From NCBI GenBank assembly GCA_024278985.1, contig JAJRSC010000004.1, positions 1 to 50,248 of the forward strand: 50,248 bases of DNA, written 5' to 3'. The notes under the pieces are model-generated. The model worked only from the letters and a program-made list of their open reading frames with translations, had not been told where the DNA came from and ran no database searches. The stretch comes from an archaeon. GTDB taxonomy: Archaea > AGJL01 > Methanococci > Methanococcales > Methanocaldococcaceae. The translations under genes and the position numbers were made by a program. Position 1 is the first letter of the stretch; every line of letters starts with the position of its first letter. Shown here piece by piece: positions 42,881-50,248 of the stretch.

Positions 42881-43342
42881 ATGGCAAAGTATAGGGAATT
42901 ATTTAAACATAGAAATCTAACAAATCTACACATAGTTTTAACCTCAATGATAGCTGAGTTTTCAAGATTAGGTATTTTAAATCAAGGTACAACAAATGTT
43001 GTTGGAAGTGGTGTAGGGAAAAAAATAGCAAAGTGTTTAAAAGAAATAGTTAAAGACCTACCAAAAGATGATAGGAAATTAATAGAGTTTATAATTAAAT
43101 TTTGTGATATGTGTGATAATTTTGTTATTTATGATGACAAGATAGGAATAAAAATAGATAAATGTAAGTACTGCCCAAAACAGATTGGAGAGGCTGAAAT
43201 TCCAGGAAGTGCATGCCCAATTCCTTCAATATTAGCAAGCAGTTTAAAAGAACTAACAAAAAAAGATTATAGAATAAATTTATGGAATGGAAATAAAGTA
43301 ATAATAAAAGAAAATGGATATTGTTGGTTTAGGATTAAATAA
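42881..43342 (+). CDS. hypothetical Cys-rich protein with V4R/H-NOX-like fold features
   Basis: GVGKKIA helix, CKYCP, ACPIPSIL and terminal CWFRI resemble the V4R-type Zn-ligand pattern. Confidence 0.45.
   Translation: MAKYRELFKHRNLTNLHIVLTSMIAEFSRLGILNQGTTNVVGSGVGKKIAKCLKEIVKDLPKDDRKLIEFIIKFCDMCDNFVIYDDKIGIKIDKCKYCPKQIGEAEIPGSACPIPSILASSLKELTKKDYRINLWNGNKVIIKENGYCWFRIK
43318..43342 (+). repeat. 25-bp direct repeat, copy 1 (3' end of the 42881-43342 gene)
   Basis: ATATTGTTGGTTTAGGATTAAATAA. Confidence 0.85.
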
Positions 43343-43363
43343 TCAAATATTAATATAGAGAAG

Positions 43364-44599
43364 TTATTGAGATATTACTTCATTTCCAATTATTAAAACT
43401 GTTGCTGTTTGGTTGAAATGACCAATAGAACCTCCTAATGTTGCTCCTTGCTCTCCATAGGTGTTAAATCCAATCACTGGAATATCTCCCCAATTTTCTT
43501 TTATAATATCTAAGTCATTAATACCCAATCTTTCATTTAGTAAATGTCTTAATATACAGTTAAATATAATTATAGCCCCAATTTTTTTAGGAGAACCTGC
43601 ATTTACTATTGCTTTTTCTATTTTTTCTTTGAAACTTTTAATGGCATACTCTTTATTAGTTTCCATTACTGTAATATAACTATTTTTTGGAATTTCTGAA
43701 TAAAATGTTACACTACCATCTCCATTATCTCTCATTCCACTTTTTATTACATACTCTCCAAATATATCAGTAGATTTTACTCCAAAAGGATACTTTGCAA
43801 ATACTTCCTCTGTTAGTTCATCAACATTTAATAACTCTTTTATAACTTCAGATGCAGGTCTATTATTTAATTCATATATTGTTCTACCTTTTGATTTTGT
43901 AACTATTACCCCTTTATCTGTTGGATAATATGGATGTCCCATACTCACTCCTATTTTTAAAGCACTACTTAATGTTGCAACAATTCCACAATTGCTATAT
44001 ACTCCATTTGCAAATTGATATGTTTTATTAAATTTTAAGTCGTCTCCTGTTGAACCTCCTACAAGAGGAACATTAGAGCCGATTTCATAACATATTCCCC
44101 TTAAAAAGTTTTCTTCCTGTCCTGCCATACCGTCTGGAATTATAATATTTAAAAAAGGTTTCATTCTTAAAATTTCAGTATTTCTTTTTCTCATAAATGC
44201 AATAGAAATTAAAGCAGATGCAGTTAAATTATCTTTTAATGAAGATAAAGCATTTTTAATTGCTTCCCTTCCACAATTAAAAGGGTCTTCTTTTAAATTC
44301 TTTCCAACTCCTACTCCTATTTTTAAATTATTACATTCTAATGTCATTACTACAACACTATCTGTTGTAGGTTTATCTCTAATATTGGAAAATTCTCCTG
44401 CTGTTGTACCTCCTATTATTTGAGATTTATTAACATGTTCTTTAATAATATTATATACCTCATAAGGGTCTTTATTTGAAGAAGAAAATAAAATTGTTAA
44501 TTTAGGATTTGGAGTTTTTTCCATAGCTTCTCTAACAGCTTCTTCTGGGTCTTTAGAATGTCCAATTCCTACTTTTATAACATCCACATTTATCACCAA
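43364..44599 (-). CDS. FIST N + C domain signal-transduction protein
   Basis: IIGGTTAGEF, LVGGSTGDDL, YELNNRPA, FNCILR and GFNTYGEQ...HFNQT motifs. Confidence 0.9.
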   Translation of the reverse strand: MVINVDVIKVGIGHSKDPEEAVREAMEKTPNPKLTILFSSSNKDPYEVYNIIKEHVNKSQIIGGTTAGEFSNIRDKPTTDSVVVMTLECNNLKIGVGVGKNLKEDPFNCGREAIKNALSSLKDNLTASALISIAFMRKRNTEILRMKPFLNIIIPDGMAGQEENFLRGICYEIGSNVPLVGGSTGDDLKFNKTYQFANGVYSNCGIVATLSSALKIGVSMGHPYYPTDKGVIVTKSKGRTIYELNNRPASEVIKELLNVDELTEEVFAKYPFGVKSTDIFGEYVIKSGMRDNGDGSVTFYSEIPKNSYITVMETNKEYAIKSFKEKIEKAIVNAGSPKKIGAIIIFNCILRHLLNERLGINDLDIIKENWGDIPVIGFNTYGEQGATLGGSIGHFNQTATVLIIGNEVISQ

Positions 44600-44764
44600 A
44601 TTTAATTTAAAATTTAATTTAAATACTTAAATAAAACATATAAATTATAGTATTTTACTCAATTTACTTATTACTTATTAATACTTTAACTTTATATAAA
44701 TATTACCTTTATATATAGCCCAAAGGGAGACTGTCAAGTTAATAATTTCATCCAGTTATAGATA

Positions 44765-44789
44765 ATATTGTTGGTTTAGGATTAAATAA
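44765..44789 (+). repeat. 25-bp direct repeat, copy 2 (intergenic)
   Basis: Identical ATATTGTTGGTTTAGGATTAAATAA. Confidence 0.85.
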
Positions 44790-45022
44790 AATCTAAAATA
44801 ATAATAACAAAATTTTTAATTTAGGATTTTCTTAGGTAGATTAAGATTATTATAAATAGATTTTATGAATATATTTATATTCAAAAATAATAAATTAACA
44901 TATTTTTAACATATTTTAAATGTTTAAGTATTTGCATTGTTAGATATGTTTTTATTTAAAGGTTGAGCGAACCTATATATATAGAAGAGAAATTATTTTA
45001 TTCTTACTCTTAAAGTTAATAT

Positions 45023-45819
45023 ATGGTGATGATTATGAGACATGACTATCCAGAAGAGGGGGATATAGTTATAGGGACAGTTAAAGAAGTTAAACCATAT
45101 GGAGCCTTTGTTGAGTTGTTGGAGTATCCTGGAAAAGAGGGAATGATTCATATCTCTGAAGTTACTTCTGGTTGGGTTAAAAATATTAGAGACCATGTTA
45201 AAGTAGGTCAGAGAGTTGTAGCAAAAGTTTTAAAAGTTGATAAGAAAAAGGGTCATATTGACCTTTCCTTAAAAAGAGTAACAGAACAACAAAGAAGGGA
45301 AAAAGTTTTAGAATGGAAAAGATTCCAAAGAGCCAGTAAGATGTTAGAGAGAGCTGCTGAAAAATTAGGAAAAAGTTTAGAAGAGGCTTGGGAAGAAGTT
45401 GGTTATTTATTAGAAGATGAATTTGGGGAGTTATATAATGCATTTGAAACTCTTGTTATAGAAGGTAAAGAAGTTTTGGATGATTTAGATATTAGTGAAG
45501 AATGGAAAGATGTGTTATATGAGGTTGCTAAGGAAAGTATTGAATTGAGTAATGTTGAAGTTAATGGAATTATAGAAATGACATGTTTTGAACCTGATGG
45601 AATAAAAAGAATTAAAAAGGCTCTTAAAAATGCCTTAAAAGCAAATCCTTATGAGGATGTTGAAGTTAATATAACATATATTGGAGCTCCTAAATATAGA
45701 GTTGAAGTTATTGCTCCTGACTATAAAAGTGGAGAAGATATATTTAAAAAGGTTTGTGAAAGAGCCTTAAAAGAAATAAAAAAACTAAAAGGAGAAGGAA
45801 AATATTATAGAGTGGAAAA

Positions 45820-45823
<4 letters not shown>
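45023..45823 (+). CDS. eif2a: translation initiation factor 2 subunit alpha
   Basis: YPEEGDIVIGTV...HISEV...KGHIDLSLKRV and YIGAPKY. Confidence 0.96.
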
Positions 45824-47055
<1,232 letters not shown>

Positions 47056-47204
47056 GTTAATCCCCTAATAAAAATTTTATATAATACTTTAAAATCTTTA
47101 ATTACTTTATAAATTGTTCTAAACCTAAAAACATTACAAATTTCAATTTTGGGTTAATGGATGCAATTGAAATGCGTCCCCAATCCGAAAGGGTTGGGGC
47201 TGAG

Positions 47205-47256
47205 GCAAGCCCGCGGCCTGGGTTGGTGAAACCTCTTATAGCCATATACCAGCCCC
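47205..47256 (+). other. 5' arm of the 16S processing stem with bulge-helix-bulge motif
   Basis: Pairs with 48793-48844; GGTG/CACC helix flanked by AAA and TAA bulges. Confidence 0.85.
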
Positions 47257-47299
47257 CCGCAAGAAAGGTTTTCCTTTCTTGCGGCCGTACTCCATAACA

Positions 47300-48778
<1,479 letters not shown>

Positions 48779-48792
48779 CGAGAAAAAATTTT

Positions 48793-48844
48793 GGGGCTGG
48801 TATATGGATATAAGAGGCACCTAAATCCCAGGTCGCGGGCTTGC
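48793..48844 (+). other. 3' arm of the 16S processing stem
   Basis: GGGGCTGGTATATGG...TAAGAGG-CACC-TAA...GCGGGCTTGC, complementary to 47205-47256. Confidence 0.85.
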
Positions 48845-48853
48845 CGTAGTAGT

Positions 48854-48926
48854 GGGCCCGTAGCTCAGCTGGGAGAGCGCCGGCCTTGCAAGCCGGAGGC
48901 CGTGGGTTCAAATCCCACCGGGTCCA
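48854..48926 (+). tRNA. tRNA-Ala (TGC) in the 16S-23S spacer, CCA not encoded
   Basis: GGGCCCGTAGCTCAG...CCGGC-CTTGCAA-GCCGG...GGTTCAAATCC...GGTCCA. Confidence 0.97.
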
Positions 48927-49035
48927 CTATTTTCATGCAGCCCACAACTTTATAAGTTGTGGGTGAAGGGCCTGATTAAACATGAGGGCCGTGCATAAGC
49001 CCCTACATCCCGGTGAAATCCGGACACTCTGCTGG

Positions 49036-50248
<1,213 letters not shown>

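Noticed and set aside
44598-44623. Tandem AAATTTAATTTA repeat upstream of the FIST gene
   Set aside because: Pure A/T low-complexity sequence with no supportable function.

Overview
AT-rich archaeal chromosomal window from a hyperthermophilic Methanococcales methanogen, most likely Methanocaldococcus (judged from the protein sequences, mer, GGTGA ribosome-binding sites and a very GC-rich 16S). It is mostly housekeeping: ribosomal proteins, PolB, SecD, eIF2-alpha, cofactor biosynthesis, a CobN-type chelatase, tRNA-Gln and the start of a 16S-tRNA-Ala-23S operon. Accessory parts are a V4R-cheW-cheB-cheA-cheD cluster, a stand-alone CARF-PIN gene followed by a triple-repeat helical protein, and a FIST gene bracketed by a 25-bp direct repeat. 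Most notable: (i) an A10 slippery site linking a ChlI-like frame to a ChlD-like vWA frame by a -1 shift; (ii) candidate structured cis-regulatory RNAs at rpl15e, rps15 and the cmk/rpl14e junction; (iii) a CheA with a His-less second HPt-like bundle and two P2 domains; (iv) eight further broken genes, including rps2, secD and alba. The four in-frame stops can all be explained by G:C->T:A changes, which points to sequence or assembly artefacts rather than recoding and is a caveat on every frameshift claim. All family assignments come from visual motif recognition; no searches were run.
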